Assembly (NCBI GenBank): GCA_963703505.1
Contig: CAVPEL010000004.1
Span: 9,216-73,215 of the forward strand
Direction: 5' to 3'
Source of the DNA: an uncultured Actinomycetota bacterium
GTDB taxonomy: Bacteria; Actinomycetota; Actinomycetes; CAVPEL01
DNA: 64,000 nucleotides
The notes under the pieces were generated by a model. The model made no database searches, had not been told where the DNA came from, and was given only the letters and a program-made list of their open reading frames with translations. Of this stretch, positions 42,460-51,670 are shown piece after piece (position 1 is the first letter of the stretch; each line of letters starts with the position of its first letter). Both the position numbers and the translations under genes were made by a program.

Positions 42460-42996
42460 GCCCGCAGGCAGTGCGGCCTGACGTCGCGGACCGACCGGAC
42501 CGGCAGAACCGGTCGCGTCACGGCCGAACCTCGCTGCTTCGTCAATGACAGCGACCAGGTCAACACCCCACGCGCGCCGGGTGGGTGGACCGAGCGGGGA
42601 AGCAAGATCGCCATCCATGCCCGCGTAGTGCGGGCCGAAGGCCGCATGGGAGTTTGGCCGCGCGCACATGGGTAGCCGCACCCCGGCCGGGACCTCCAGC
42701 AGATGTTGCTGCTCGCTGGTGCGCAGGTGATCCAGCTGTCGCACCATCACGCCCGGAAGGAGTCTGTCGACCGCCTCCCCGGCGATGATCGCCTCGCGGT
42801 AGGCCGCAGCCAGCGCGTGGTAGACCTCCCGGATCTCAGGCAACGGCCTGAACGCGCTCTGCGCTTGCGCGAACGAGATCCGCGCGTCCTCAAGCGTCGC
42901 TTCTGCCTGCAACAGGGCTGACACCACGATCCGATTGGTCGTGATCGCGAGGGAAACCCGGCTGTGCCGGTGTCGGCGCGACCCGACCGGTCTCAC
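42427..42996 (-). CDS. hypothetical protein
   Basis: The ORF lies immediately downstream of fdxA with a 4-nt overlap. No family recognised, and the N-terminal portion may be non-coding. Confidence 0.3.
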   Translation of the reverse strand: MRPVGSRRHRHSRVSLAITTNRIVVSALLQAEATLEDARISFAQAQSAFRPLPEIREVYHALAAAYREAIIAGEAVDRLLPGVMVRQLDHLRTSEQQHLLEVPAGVRLPMCARPNSHAAFGPHYAGMDGDLASPLGPPTRRAWGVDLVAVIDEAARFGRDATGSAGPVGPRRQAALPAGSLGSDVGPAL

Positions 42997-43346
42997 TGTT
43001 GCGCCTCTTCGAGCCGCGGATGGGTCTCGACCAGCTCGGTGTCGACACCGAGGTGGCCGAGCTTTGCCGCGCCGCCCGGTGACCCGAGCGGTTCGGTGCG
43101 CCCGACCAAGGTCTCAGAGAAGAACCGCGCGTTGTCCTCCCGGTAGGGCAGCAGCAACGCAGGCAGGTCGTCCTCGTAGTAGATGGCCTCGACCGGGCAT
43201 ACCGGCTCGCACGCGCCGCAGTCCACGCACTCGTCCGGGTGGATGTAGAGCGAGCGTTCGCCTTCGTAGATGCAGTCGACCGGACATTCCTCCACGCAGG
43301 CACGGTCCATGACGTCGATGCACGGTTCACCGATCACGTAGGTCAC
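42993..43346 (-). CDS. fdxA: 7Fe ferredoxin (3Fe-4S + 4Fe-4S) FdxA
   Basis: [29 protein letters not shown]...[19 protein letters not shown] has the classic Cys spacing of actinobacterial FdxA. Confidence 0.85.
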   Translation of the reverse strand: MTYVIGEPCIDVMDRACVEECPVDCIYEGERSLYIHPDECVDCGACEPVCPVEAIYYEDDLPALLLPYREDNARFFSETLVGRTEPLGSPGGAAKLGHLGVDTELVETHPRLEEAQQ

Positions 43347-43382
43347 GGCGGCCTCCCAGGAGGTACGTCTTGCTTCTCTGGC

Positions 43383-43412
43383 GAGTTTGCACTACTACGT
43401 TTAGTATATACA
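43383..43412. promoter_or_regulatory. AT-rich motif copy B (GCACTACTACGTTTAGTATATAC) between fdxA and DUF2249
   Basis: It shares the ACTAC/GTAGTA core with copies A and C. The palindrome TACTAcgttTAGTA lies in the lowest-GC 100 bp of the window. Confidence 0.3.
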
Positions 43413-43441
43413 AGCCGGATTGGAAATACTAAGGAGAACCG

Positions 43442-43684
43442 ATGGCCACCGAAGACCGCCTGCTCGACGTCCGTGACGAACCACCCGCCCGTCGCCATCA
43501 GCTGATCTTCGAGACATACGACGCGCTCGGCTCCGCGGAGGCGTTCATCCTCGTCAACGACCACGACCCCAAGCCGCTGTACTACCAATTCGCGGCCGAG
43601 CACGCGGGCGCGTTCAGCTGGAACTACCTGGAGGAGGGGCCCGCGACCTGGCGGGTGCGCATCGGCCGCACCACCGCTCCGTGA
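43442..43684 (+). CDS. DUF2249 domain protein
   Basis: LDVRDEPPARRHQLIFETYDALGSAEAFILVNDHDPKPLYYQ matches DUF2249. An AAGGAG RBS lies 7 nt upstream. The upstream region is unusually AT-rich. Confidence 0.7.
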   Translation: MATEDRLLDVRDEPPARRHQLIFETYDALGSAEAFILVNDHDPKPLYYQFAAEHAGAFSWNYLEEGPATWRVRIGRTTAP

Positions 43685-43735
43685 TCGTGGCGCCGTTAGG
43701 TACGCGATGGCGTACCTAACGGCGTCACGATCGTG
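43681..43735. terminator. long near-perfect hairpin between convergent DUF2249 and AhpD-like genes (bidirectional terminator candidate)
   Basis: GCCGTTAGGTACGC-gatg-GCGTACCTAACGGC is a perfect 14-bp stem. Imperfect flanks (CGTGATCGTG / CACGATCGTG) extend it to about 25 bp. It sits between two convergent stop codons. Confidence 0.5.
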
Positions 43736-43754
43736 AGGATTCGGCAGGCGTGGG

Positions 43755-44213
43755 TTACGGCCGCCGGTCGGGAAGCTGCTGGTGGGTGCTCACGGCCAGC
43801 CGGTTCCACACGTTGATGGCGGCGATGGCCATCAGCAGGCGGACAACCTCGGACTCGTCGAAGCATCGGGTGACCTCTGCCCACACCGAGTCGGGTACGC
43901 CGGCGTCCCCGATGCGCGTCACCGCCTCGGTCAACGCCAAGGCCGCCCGCTCCCGCGCCGTGTACAGGTACGCAGCCTCCTGCCAGGCCGAGAGCACGTC
44001 GAGCCGGCGCGGCTCCTCGCCCGCGGCCCGGGCGTCATGGTGGTGCATGTCGAGGCAGTACGCGCACCCGTTGATCTGCGACGCACGGATCTTGACCAGC
44101 TCAAGCATGCGCGGCTCGAGGCTGCCCGCGCGCACGTAGCGCTCCAGCCCGAGGACCGCCGCGGTCGCCGCGGGGTCTACCTCCTGGATCGCCAGCCGTT
44201 CCTTGTCCGACAT
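43755..44213 (-). CDS. carboxymuconolactone decarboxylase (AhpD-like) family protein
   Basis: KIRASQINGCAYCLDMHHHDA carries the AhpD CxxC-H motif. Confidence 0.75.
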   Translation of the reverse strand: MSDKERLAIQEVDPAATAAVLGLERYVRAGSLEPRMLELVKIRASQINGCAYCLDMHHHDARAAGEEPRRLDVLSAWQEAAYLYTARERAALALTEAVTRIGDAGVPDSVWAEVTRCFDESEVVRLLMAIAAINVWNRLAVSTHQQLPDRRP

Positions 44214-44268
44214 CTCGACTCCTTCACTTGCTCTTGCCGGTCCTTGGGGCCCGCGGCCGGTCACGTCG

Positions 44269-44740
44269 CTACGACGCCAGCACGACACCGAATGCGACGA
44301 GCGCGAGACTGAGAGCCCCGATCAGCGCGCGCAGGACCCAGGCGCTGCGCGCACCTCGGAGCACCCGAGCAGCGAGCTGGGCGTCGTCGCGGTCGTGCAG
44401 GGCACTGCGGCGCAGCCGCGTCATCCTGCGCGCCTGGACCACACCGATCACGGTGGTCACCACCAGGGCGGCTGCCACGAGCGACGTGGCCGAGAGCGTG
44501 CCGTCCCACCGGCGGCCCGAGACCAGTACCGCCGCCCGTCCCCAGCGCGACCGCGAGAGCGAGTGTCGCGACAGTTCCATAGGTCCGGCCCAACCCCCTG
44601 AAGAAGGCGACCTGTTCGGCGGGCTGCAGGGTGCTTCTCGCGACCCGTGCCACCACGGCGATCGCGACGAAACCGCCTACCCAGACGGCTGTGGCAACGA
44701 CGAGGACACCAAGAAGCGCCGAGTGTGCCGCGTGAGCCAT
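44269..44740 (-). CDS. hypothetical 4-TM membrane protein (one frameshift near 44530)
   Basis: N-terminal TM helices (LLGVLVVATAVWVGGFVAIAVV) and C-terminal TM helices (LVAAALVVTTVIGVV; ALIGALSLALVAFGVVLAS) lie in two overlapping minus-strand frames. Confidence 0.4.
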
Positions 44741-44744
44741 CGCC

Positions 44745-45188
44745 TCAGGCCCGCTCGAGTTCGGCGCTGACGGTGATCTGGGCGCCCGCGAAAAGCCGGG
44801 ACACCGGGCACAGCTCGGCTGCCTCGTCGACCACGGCCTGAAAACCCGCAGCGTCCAACCCCCGAACGCTGGCGCGCACGTGAACAGCCGAGGAGACGAT
44901 GGTGGGCACGCCGTCGACTGCGTCGAGTGTCACCGTGGCGTCAACCGTCAGCCGGTCAGGGACCACCTTGTGCTCACCGAGCCGCAGTGCGAGCGCCATG
45001 GAGAAGCATGAGGAGTGCGCTGCGGCAGCCAGCTCCTCCGGACTGGTCAGGCCGCCCGGCCGCTCCGTGCGGGCCGCCCAGGTCACCGGCAAGCCGTCGA
45101 AGGCCCCGCTCGCCGCGCTCAGCGTCCCCTTGCCGCTCGCGAGAGCGCCCTCCCACACGGTCTGCGCCGTCCGCTCCGCGATGGCCAT
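44745..45188 (-). CDS. osmC: OsmC family peroxiredoxin
   Basis: OsmC fold with two Cys (..HSSCFSMAL.. and ..AAELCPVS..). A GGGAGA RBS precedes the ATG. Confidence 0.8.
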   Translation of the reverse strand: MAIAERTAQTVWEGALASGKGTLSAASGAFDGLPVTWAARTERPGGLTSPEELAAAAHSSCFSMALALRLGEHKVVPDRLTVDATVTLDAVDGVPTIVSSAVHVRASVRGLDAAGFQAVVDEAAELCPVSRLFAGAQITVSAELERA

Positions 45189-45214
45189 GCCTGTCTCCCA
45201 CAGTCGTTGGTGGT

Positions 45215-45245
45215 TTCTCACTCTTTTTTACTACCAACGTCGTGT
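45215..45245. promoter_or_regulatory. AT-rich motif copy C (TTTTTTACTAC-N10-GTAAATTC) upstream of osmC
   Basis: It carries the same TTTTTACTAC + GTAAATT arrangement as copy A. It lies 27-57 bp upstream of the osmC ATG. Confidence 0.3.
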
Positions 45246-45259
45246 AAATTCAATGGCGG

Positions 45260-48200
45260 CTAAGTGCGGCTCATGCCGGCTGGCGGCAGCCCTGACCGCG
45301 GCGGCCCGGGCGAGCAGCGGCTCGGCTTCCAGCTTCGTAGCCGATGCTGTCGGCTTCGGCGATCAGCACGCCCGCTCCCGCCGAGTCGCCGGCAAGCGAC
45401 GAGCTGCTCGGCGCGGTCGAGCGAGTGCGTGGGCAGGTGGTACGGGCTCGCGACCTCGCGGAGCGCCGCGAGAGCTGCATCCATCGGCGGGACCACCAGC
45501 GGGGTCATCGATGTCGACGAGCACGCGAGCACGAGTCAGCTCGCGCTCCGCGCGCAGGATCGGCGGCAGGTGCCCGGCAGGGTGGGCATCAAGGAGGGCG
45601 AGGAGCTCGCTGGTGGTCGCCTTGTCATGGATCTGGTGGGCGGCCCGGGAGGCCAGCGGCCACACCCAGCGCATGGCGTCACTCCCTATCCCGCATCGTG
45701 TCGGTGTGCTCGAGCACGAGGCAGGCATGGCGAAGGATCGCTTCAGTCTCCCCGGCCGCCTCCGCGATGAATGCCTCGACCATGGCGATGACGACGCGGT
45801 CCTGGATCACCTCGCTGCTCCGGAAGGTGGGGAGACGTGCAAGGTCCGCAGCGGCGGCACCATCGCCGCGAAGCGCTGTCAGCAACGCCCGAATGGACCT
45901 GATGTCGTCGTTGTCCAGCCCGTCGACGTCGAGCGCTTCAGCGAGTTCCATTTCGGCCTGGTCCCAGTCGCCGATGGCGAGGAGCGCGATGGCCCCGTTA
46001 CCCAGTGCCGTCCCCAGGAAGCCGGGGTTTCCGGTGCGACGTGCGTGTCCGACCGCGACCCGTGCGACCTCGATCGCCGCTAGCGGGTCGGTCCGGACGA
46101 GCACATCGGCAAGGTTCAGGGCGGCGCTCGACGCCTGGTCACTGTCACCGGCTCGTTCGGCGAGGCGCAGCGCGTACTCGAAGTAGCAGATTGCCTCGGC
46201 GGGTCTGTTGGCGAACGTCGCGGGCGAAGCCGAGCCCGACGAACTGACCGGCCAGCAGACCTGGCCCGACGCCGACCGCCTGGGCAAGGATCACGGCCTC
46301 CGTGCTGAGCTGCTCAGCCTCGGCGCTGCTACCGGCGAACAGCTCGAGGCTCGCCAACTGACCCACTGCGAAGACTGTGTCGGCGTCCAGGTCGGTGCGC
46401 AGCACCCGCAGCGCTTCGGTCAGCAGAGCGCGGGCCTCCGTGAGCCGACCTGCCCGGCGCAGCGCGTTTCCGGCGAGTGCGTTCGCGCGGGCGACGGCTC
46501 GATCCTCACCGAGTGCCGCGTACAGCTCGCGGGCGCGACCCGCGTGCTCGACCGCACCGTCCCAGTCGTCGCGGTCCCGGGCGGCCTGCGCAGCGCGTTC
46601 CCACAGGCTTGCTGCCGCCATGGCCGCCTCAGGCCCGCCTGCCTGCGCGGCGAGCTCTGCGGCCGCGGCGAAGCTATCGGCGGCCCGGCCTTGCGCCCCG
46701 GTGCGGCCGGCCCGTTCGGCGGACCGGCACCAACGCGTTGATCGCTTCGGATCGCACACCGGCGGAATCGGGGTCCTCCGGCACGGCGGCGAGGGCGTCG
46801 AGGTAGTGCCGGGCGATGGCGTCGATCACCTCGTCACCGTCGCCGGGGAACGTGGCCCTCAGGTGCGCGGCGACCTTGAGGTGGCGAGCCTTGCGGTCAC
46901 GCCGCGACAAGGTGCCGTGGGCGACCTGGCGGAGCATCTCCTGGGAGAACCGGTACGTCCCGCGCTGCGGGGACAATGGATCGGCGCTGACCTCGAGCAC
47001 CTCCCGGCGCAGCAGCTCGGCGAGGCCGGCTCGTACCGCTTCCTCCCCGAGCGCGGCGACCGCGACCAACGCCTCAGCCGGGAAGGTCGACCCGAGCACC
47101 GCGGCGTCCGCCGCCAGCATGCGCAGCTCCGGGTCGAGTGCGTCGAGCCGGGCGGCGAGCAGCGCGTGCAGGGAGTCCGGCACGACCAGCTCGCCGACAT
47201 CGCCGACCAACCGGTAGCGCCCGTCCTGCGGGACCACGACGTCGCGGTCGATCAACGACCGCACCGTCTCCACCGCGAACAACGGGATCCCCTGCGACCG
47301 CTCCGTGATAGCGGTTCGCGCTGCCGGGGGCATGCCCGGCACCAGCGCGTCGACCACACGTTCCATCGACGCCGTGTCCATCGGGTCCAACGTGAGCGCG
47401 GTCCGGTTGCGGCCGGCACCGAAGCCGGGACGGCTCAGGTCCAGCTCGGGACGGGTGAACACGAGGACGAACAGCGGCACCCCGCGGGCCCAGTCCACCA
47501 GGTGGTCCAGGAAGTCCAACAAGCCCTCGTCCGCGTGCTGGGCATCCTCCACCAGCAGCACCACAGGTTGGTCCGCGGCGAGCCGTTCGAAGAACAACCG
47601 CCAACCGGCGAACAGCTCGTCGCGACCGAGGACCACTCCGGTGTCCGCCAGGCGCCGGCACGCCCAGCAGGCGCCCCAATCGAACACCCACATAGCTGCG
47701 CTCGGCAGTGTCGGGGACGAAACGCTGCAGCCCCTCGGCGAGCCGGGCGGCCGCCACGTCGACGGGGTCGTCGTCGGCGATGCCGAGCCGCTGACGCACG
47801 ATCTCCGCCAGCGCCCAGAACGCCACGCCCTCCCCGTAGGACAGGCAACGCCCGCGATGCCACAGAACGGTGTCAGCCAACCCGTCGATGTACTTCTCGA
47901 ACTCCCAACCCAACCGGGACTTGCCGATGCCCGCCGGTCCCGAGACCACCACCAGCCGGGGCGTGCGACGGTCGGCCGCGGAGTGGAAGAGCTCCTTCAC
48001 CAGCCGCAGCTCAGCGTCGCGCCCGGTGAACGGCGCCTCCAGCCCGTCGACGCGCTGCGCCCCGCCGACCCCGGACAGCACCCGCACCGCCCGCCACAGC
48101 TGCTCCGGCGCGGCCTTGCCCTTCAAGAGGTGTTCGCCGGCGTCGTCGAACTCGATCGCCGAGGCCGTCAACCGCCGCGTCGTGCCGTCCACCAGCAGCG

Positions 48201-48830
48201 AACCTGCGGCGGCCGCGGACTGCACCCGGGCCGCGGTGTTCACCGCGTCCCCGGCGACCATCCCCTCACCGGTCGCGCCGATGGTCGACCGCGACCTCGC
48301 CGGTCACCACGCCCGCCCGCGCGGTCGAGCCCGGTCGCACCCGCGGCCTCCCCCAGCGCGACGACCTCCGCGACCAGGTCGAGCCCGGCTCGCACCGCCC
48401 GCTCGCGGTCCCCCTCGAGGGCGACCGGCGTGCCCCACACCGCCATCACCGCGTCGCCGATGAACTTTTCCACGATGCCGCCGTACCGCCCGATCACCGT
48501 GCGAGCCAGCGCGAAGTACCGCGACAGCAGCTCCCGAACCTCTTCCGGGTCCCGCGACTCCGACAACGTGGTGAAGCCCACCAGGTCCACGAACAGCACC
48601 GAGCACACCCGACGCTCCGCGACCGGCGGCTGATTCGCCGGGCCGGTGTGAGCGACCCGACCGCCCATCGTGACGTCGGTGAGGCCCGTGCCACACCGAC
48701 CACAGAAACGACTGCCAGGAAGGAACTCGGCACCGCACGACGGGCAACCCTGGACCAAGGCAACGCCGCAGCCGCGGCAGAACCGGTGGCCGTCGGGGTT
48801 GTCCGTTCCGCACCGCGCGCAGAGGATCAC
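45260..48830 (-). CDS. multidomain regulator: N-terminal double zinc ribbon + class III adenylate/guanylate cyclase + AAA/NB-ARC ATPase + TPR repeats (at least 5 frameshifts; C-terminal boundary uncertain)
   Basis: Domain order: zinc ribbon CARCGTDNPDGHRFCRGCG...CPSCGAEF...CGRCG; CHD cyclase (VLFVDLVGFTTLSE...FIGDAVMAVWG); Walker A VVVSGPAGIGKSRLG; Walker B VLLVEDAQHAD; and TPR-like helical repeats at the C-terminus. Confidence 0.6.
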
Positions 48831-48855
48831 ACCCGCATCCTAGGGACCAAACGGG

Positions 48856-49266
48856 TCAACCGGAACGGTCTGGACCGGCACGCGTGAGCGAGACACGGAT
48901 CAGGCAGCGCTGCTCCCGTCGCATCGCTTCCCGGTACTCGTCCCAGTCGGGGTGCTCGCCCGCGGCCCGCCGGTAGTAGTCGATCAGCGGTTCCATGGCC
49001 TCGGGCAGGGACACCACTTCGACGGCGCCCTCGACCTGCACCCACCTGCCATAGAAGCCGTCGGGGAGGACGCACAGCCATGCGCGCGGGTCACGCCGCA
49101 GGTTCTTCGTCTTGTAGGCAGTCTCCCGACTGCTGATGATCACCCGACCCTCGGCGTCAACTGTGGCGTTGAGCGGGGAGAGCTGGGGCGTGCCGTCGCG
49201 CCTCATCGTGGCGAGCACGGCTTGGGAGTGCTCGCGGATGTAGGCGCGCGCCTCGTCGAGATCCAT
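48856..49266 (-). CDS. PPOX class F420-dependent (pyridoxamine 5'-phosphate oxidase family) protein
   Basis: MDLDEARAYIREHSQAVLATMRRDGTPQLSPLN is typical of TIGR03618-type F420-dependent PPOX proteins. Confidence 0.75.
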   Translation of the reverse strand: MDLDEARAYIREHSQAVLATMRRDGTPQLSPLNATVDAEGRVIISSRETAYKTKNLRRDPRAWLCVLPDGFYGRWVQVEGAVEVVSLPEAMEPLIDYYRRAAGEHPDWDEYREAMRREQRCLIRVSLTRAGPDRSG

Positions 49267-49302
49267 GCGCCAACGGTAGTCCTCCCGCCGGCGGCGCTGG
49301 TG

Positions 49303-50013
49303 TCACGACGGTGAGCCAAGTACCTCCGTCATGGCGCCCTGCGCGGTGACCTTTCCCTCATCGAGGACTACGACGTGGTCCGCGACCCGGCGAGCCAGGC
49401 TGGCCAGATGGGTGGACATCAAGACGCCGACACCCGCCGCCTTCTCCACACGGAGCCGCGCGACGAGCCGGTCGCGCGCCACGGCATCCAGGGCGCGCTC
49501 CGGCTCGTCGAGCACCACCAGGAGCCGTGGGCGCACGAATGCCGTGCACAGCAGCATCGCCTGGAGCTCACCGGTGGACAGGGTGTCCGGAAGGTGCCTC
49601 GCACGTTCGGTGAGCGCGAACTCCTCGAGAACCTCGGCCACCATCGCCCTGGCCTCTGCGCCGGCGGCGCCATGTTCACGTGCCACCAGCTCGAGATTCT
49701 CGGCGACGGTCATCGTCTCGGTGTACTCGCTGTCCGGGCCGACCCTCGGCACGAACGCGTGCACGAACGGGTCTTTGCCGACCACGGGGTGCCCACCGAT
49801 CCAGACGGTGCCGGCCGCACCGCTGTCGGCCCCAGTGACGGCCCGCAGCAGGACCGTCTTCCCCGACCCGTTCTCCCCCAGCACCGCCAGGCACTCCCCC
49901 GCGGCCAGCTCCAGGTCGATGGGCTCGAGAACCGCCACGTCGCCGAAGCTCCGCGCCAAGGCGCGAGCGACCACCACGGGACCATCGGACGGGACGACGT
50001 ACGGCAGGCTCAT
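49303..50013 (-). CDS. ABC transporter ATP-binding protein
   Basis: Walker A (GENGSGKT), ABC signature (LSTGELQ), Walker B (LLVVLDEPE). Confidence 0.75.
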   Translation of the reverse strand: MSLPYVVPSDGPVVVARALARSFGDVAVLEPIDLELAAGECLAVLGENGSGKTVLLRAVTGADSGAAGTVWIGGHPVVGKDPFVHAFVPRVGPDSEYTETMTVAENLELVAREHGAAGAEARAMVAEVLEEFALTERARHLPDTLSTGELQAMLLCTAFVRPRLLVVLDEPERALDAVARDRLVARLRVEKAAGVGVLMSTHLASLARRVADHVVVLDEGKVTAQGAMTEVLGSPS

Positions 50014-50059
50014 GCGACTCATCCAACCGCACGGTCCACCTCGCAACGCCCGGGCGCAC

Positions 50060-51649
50060 CTACCCCCCGCCCGTGCACACCGACGGTGCGCCGCCGAAGT
50101 CGAGATCGAAGCTGATCGCGGTGCTGATGCGCACCACGCCCGCGGCCTGCACGCCGACGTTGGTCCAGCCGTCCGGCGAGGCGCTCAGGCAGGCGGCCCC
50201 GGAGTCGACGTGCCAGAAGGCCGACCAACGAACCCGCACCTGGGTCATCCCGGGCTCGGAAGCCCGCAGAGTGAAGGAGCCGGGAGCCATCTGGGTCAGG
50301 TGAGCGACTCCGCTCGCGATCGGGGTCGGATCGGTCAGCTCCCAGACTGTCCAGTTCGGGTCGCGGTAGACGACGCGCAGCCAAGGCAGCGGCTCATGGA
50401 GGACGACCGTTTCGTTGACCCCGCCCGGGTCGAGCGGGACGTTGGGCAGCGCCACGAAGCGAACGGCGTTGTCCTCCAACCATGCGTGGTACCCGGCCGG
50501 CGTCAACGGCTGGTAGAGCACCGCATTCCTGGCGCGGTCGAGCTGGCGGTCCCAACCTCGGGCGAGCGGAACGTCCTCCGCGACGTAGACGGTCTCCCAG
50601 TGGTTGCGGGTAAGGGGAATCTCGGTCCGTGCCAGCTGGGCACCATGGCTGTCGAGGTAGCGGAGCATGCCGGCGAAGTACGAGGGCGTGGACGACGGGT
50701 CTCCAGCGGCGGATGCCATAGAGCCGGTGACCGGCGCGAGCTGCCAGATGATCAACGGGCCGGCCAGGGCGAGCAGCACCCGCCGCCTGTTGGCGCCGAG
50801 CAGCACGTAGGCGGCGAGCGGCCCCACCACGATGCCGGCCATGCGGGCGACGTTGGCACCCACGGGGTTGGGGACGACGAACAACGCGACGCACACGGCT
50901 CCGTAGATGACCGCGGCTCGACGGATCACCGGCTCCGCCCGCGGCGTGAACAGCAGCGCCAGGGCCACGATGACCACCTGGCCCAGCAGCAGCGGCCAGG
51001 TGATCGGGAACAGTCCGCCTCCCCCGAACGCCGCGGCGACCACGAGGCCAGCCGCGGCTCCGGCCAGCGGGGTGGTCCGGCGCCATCCGAGGGAGGGCGC
51101 CCAGGCGGCAGCGGCGAGGAGCAGGAAGAACCCAGCCAGCGGGCTGAACAACGAGCAGCCGGCGGCGCAGGCCAGCGCGAGCCACGACTGCTGTCGGCGC
51201 ACTGCGAGCACGGCGCCGAGTCCTAGTGCCAGCCCGCACGCGAATGCTGACCGGCCGACGACGAGGTCGGCGACCACGGCGACGGCGAACCACAACCGGG
51301 TCAGTCGATAGCGCGGCCCCACCCGCGCAGGCACCAGCCGATCGAAGATCATCGTGGATGCCACGCAGGCCAGTGCCCCGGTAATGCTCGCGCCGAGCAC
51401 CGATGCCACGGGTGAGAACAGCGCGCTGTAGCCGATGTCGCTCTGGCCACCGAACCAGTTGCTGTCCCACAGCACGATCCCGTGGGTGCGGAACAGCCAG
51501 ACTCGGTACTCCTGGGCCGGCAGGTCGAATCCGTGCACACCGAGCGCGAGCACGATCACGCACAGGCCGGCCGTGACGACCCACGCATGGTCGGCCGCCA
51601 GGCGCACGAACGCCCGCACCGAGCGCCGCACCCGCTGTCCGACGATCAT
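50060..51649 (-). CDS. polytopic integral membrane protein with large C-terminal extracytoplasmic domain
   Basis: At least 10 predicted TM helices in the first ~330 aa, followed by a ~200 aa soluble domain. Directly upstream of the ABC ATPase. No family assignment. Confidence 0.5.
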   Translation of the reverse strand: MIVGQRVRRSVRAFVRLAADHAWVVTAGLCVIVLALGVHGFDLPAQEYRVWLFRTHGIVLWDSNWFGGQSDIGYSALFSPVASVLGASITGALACVASTMIFDRLVPARVGPRYRLTRLWFAVAVVADLVVGRSAFACGLALGLGAVLAVRRQQSWLALACAAGCSLFSPLAGFFLLLAAAAWAPSLGWRRTTPLAGAAAGLVVAAAFGGGGLFPITWPLLLGQVVIVALALLFTPRAEPVIRRAAVIYGAVCVALFVVPNPVGANVARMAGIVVGPLAAYVLLGANRRRVLLALAGPLIIWQLAPVTGSMASAAGDPSSTPSYFAGMLRYLDSHGAQLARTEIPLTRNHWETVYVAEDVPLARGWDRQLDRARNAVLYQPLTPAGYHAWLEDNAVRFVALPNVPLDPGGVNETVVLHEPLPWLRVVYRDPNWTVWELTDPTPIASGVAHLTQMAPGSFTLRASEPGMTQVRVRWSAFWHVDSGAACLSASPDGWTNVGVQAAGVVRISTAISFDLDFGGAPSVCTGGG

Positions 51650-51670
51650 CTGCCCTCGCGATTCCCTCGC

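Noticed and set aside
43347-43441. AT-rich island considered as an insertion scar or mobile-element footprint
   Set aside because: It is only ~95 bp, has no flanking direct or inverted repeats and no associated mobility gene. It sits exactly where the divergent fdxA and DUF2249 promoters must lie, so a regulatory role is more parsimonious.
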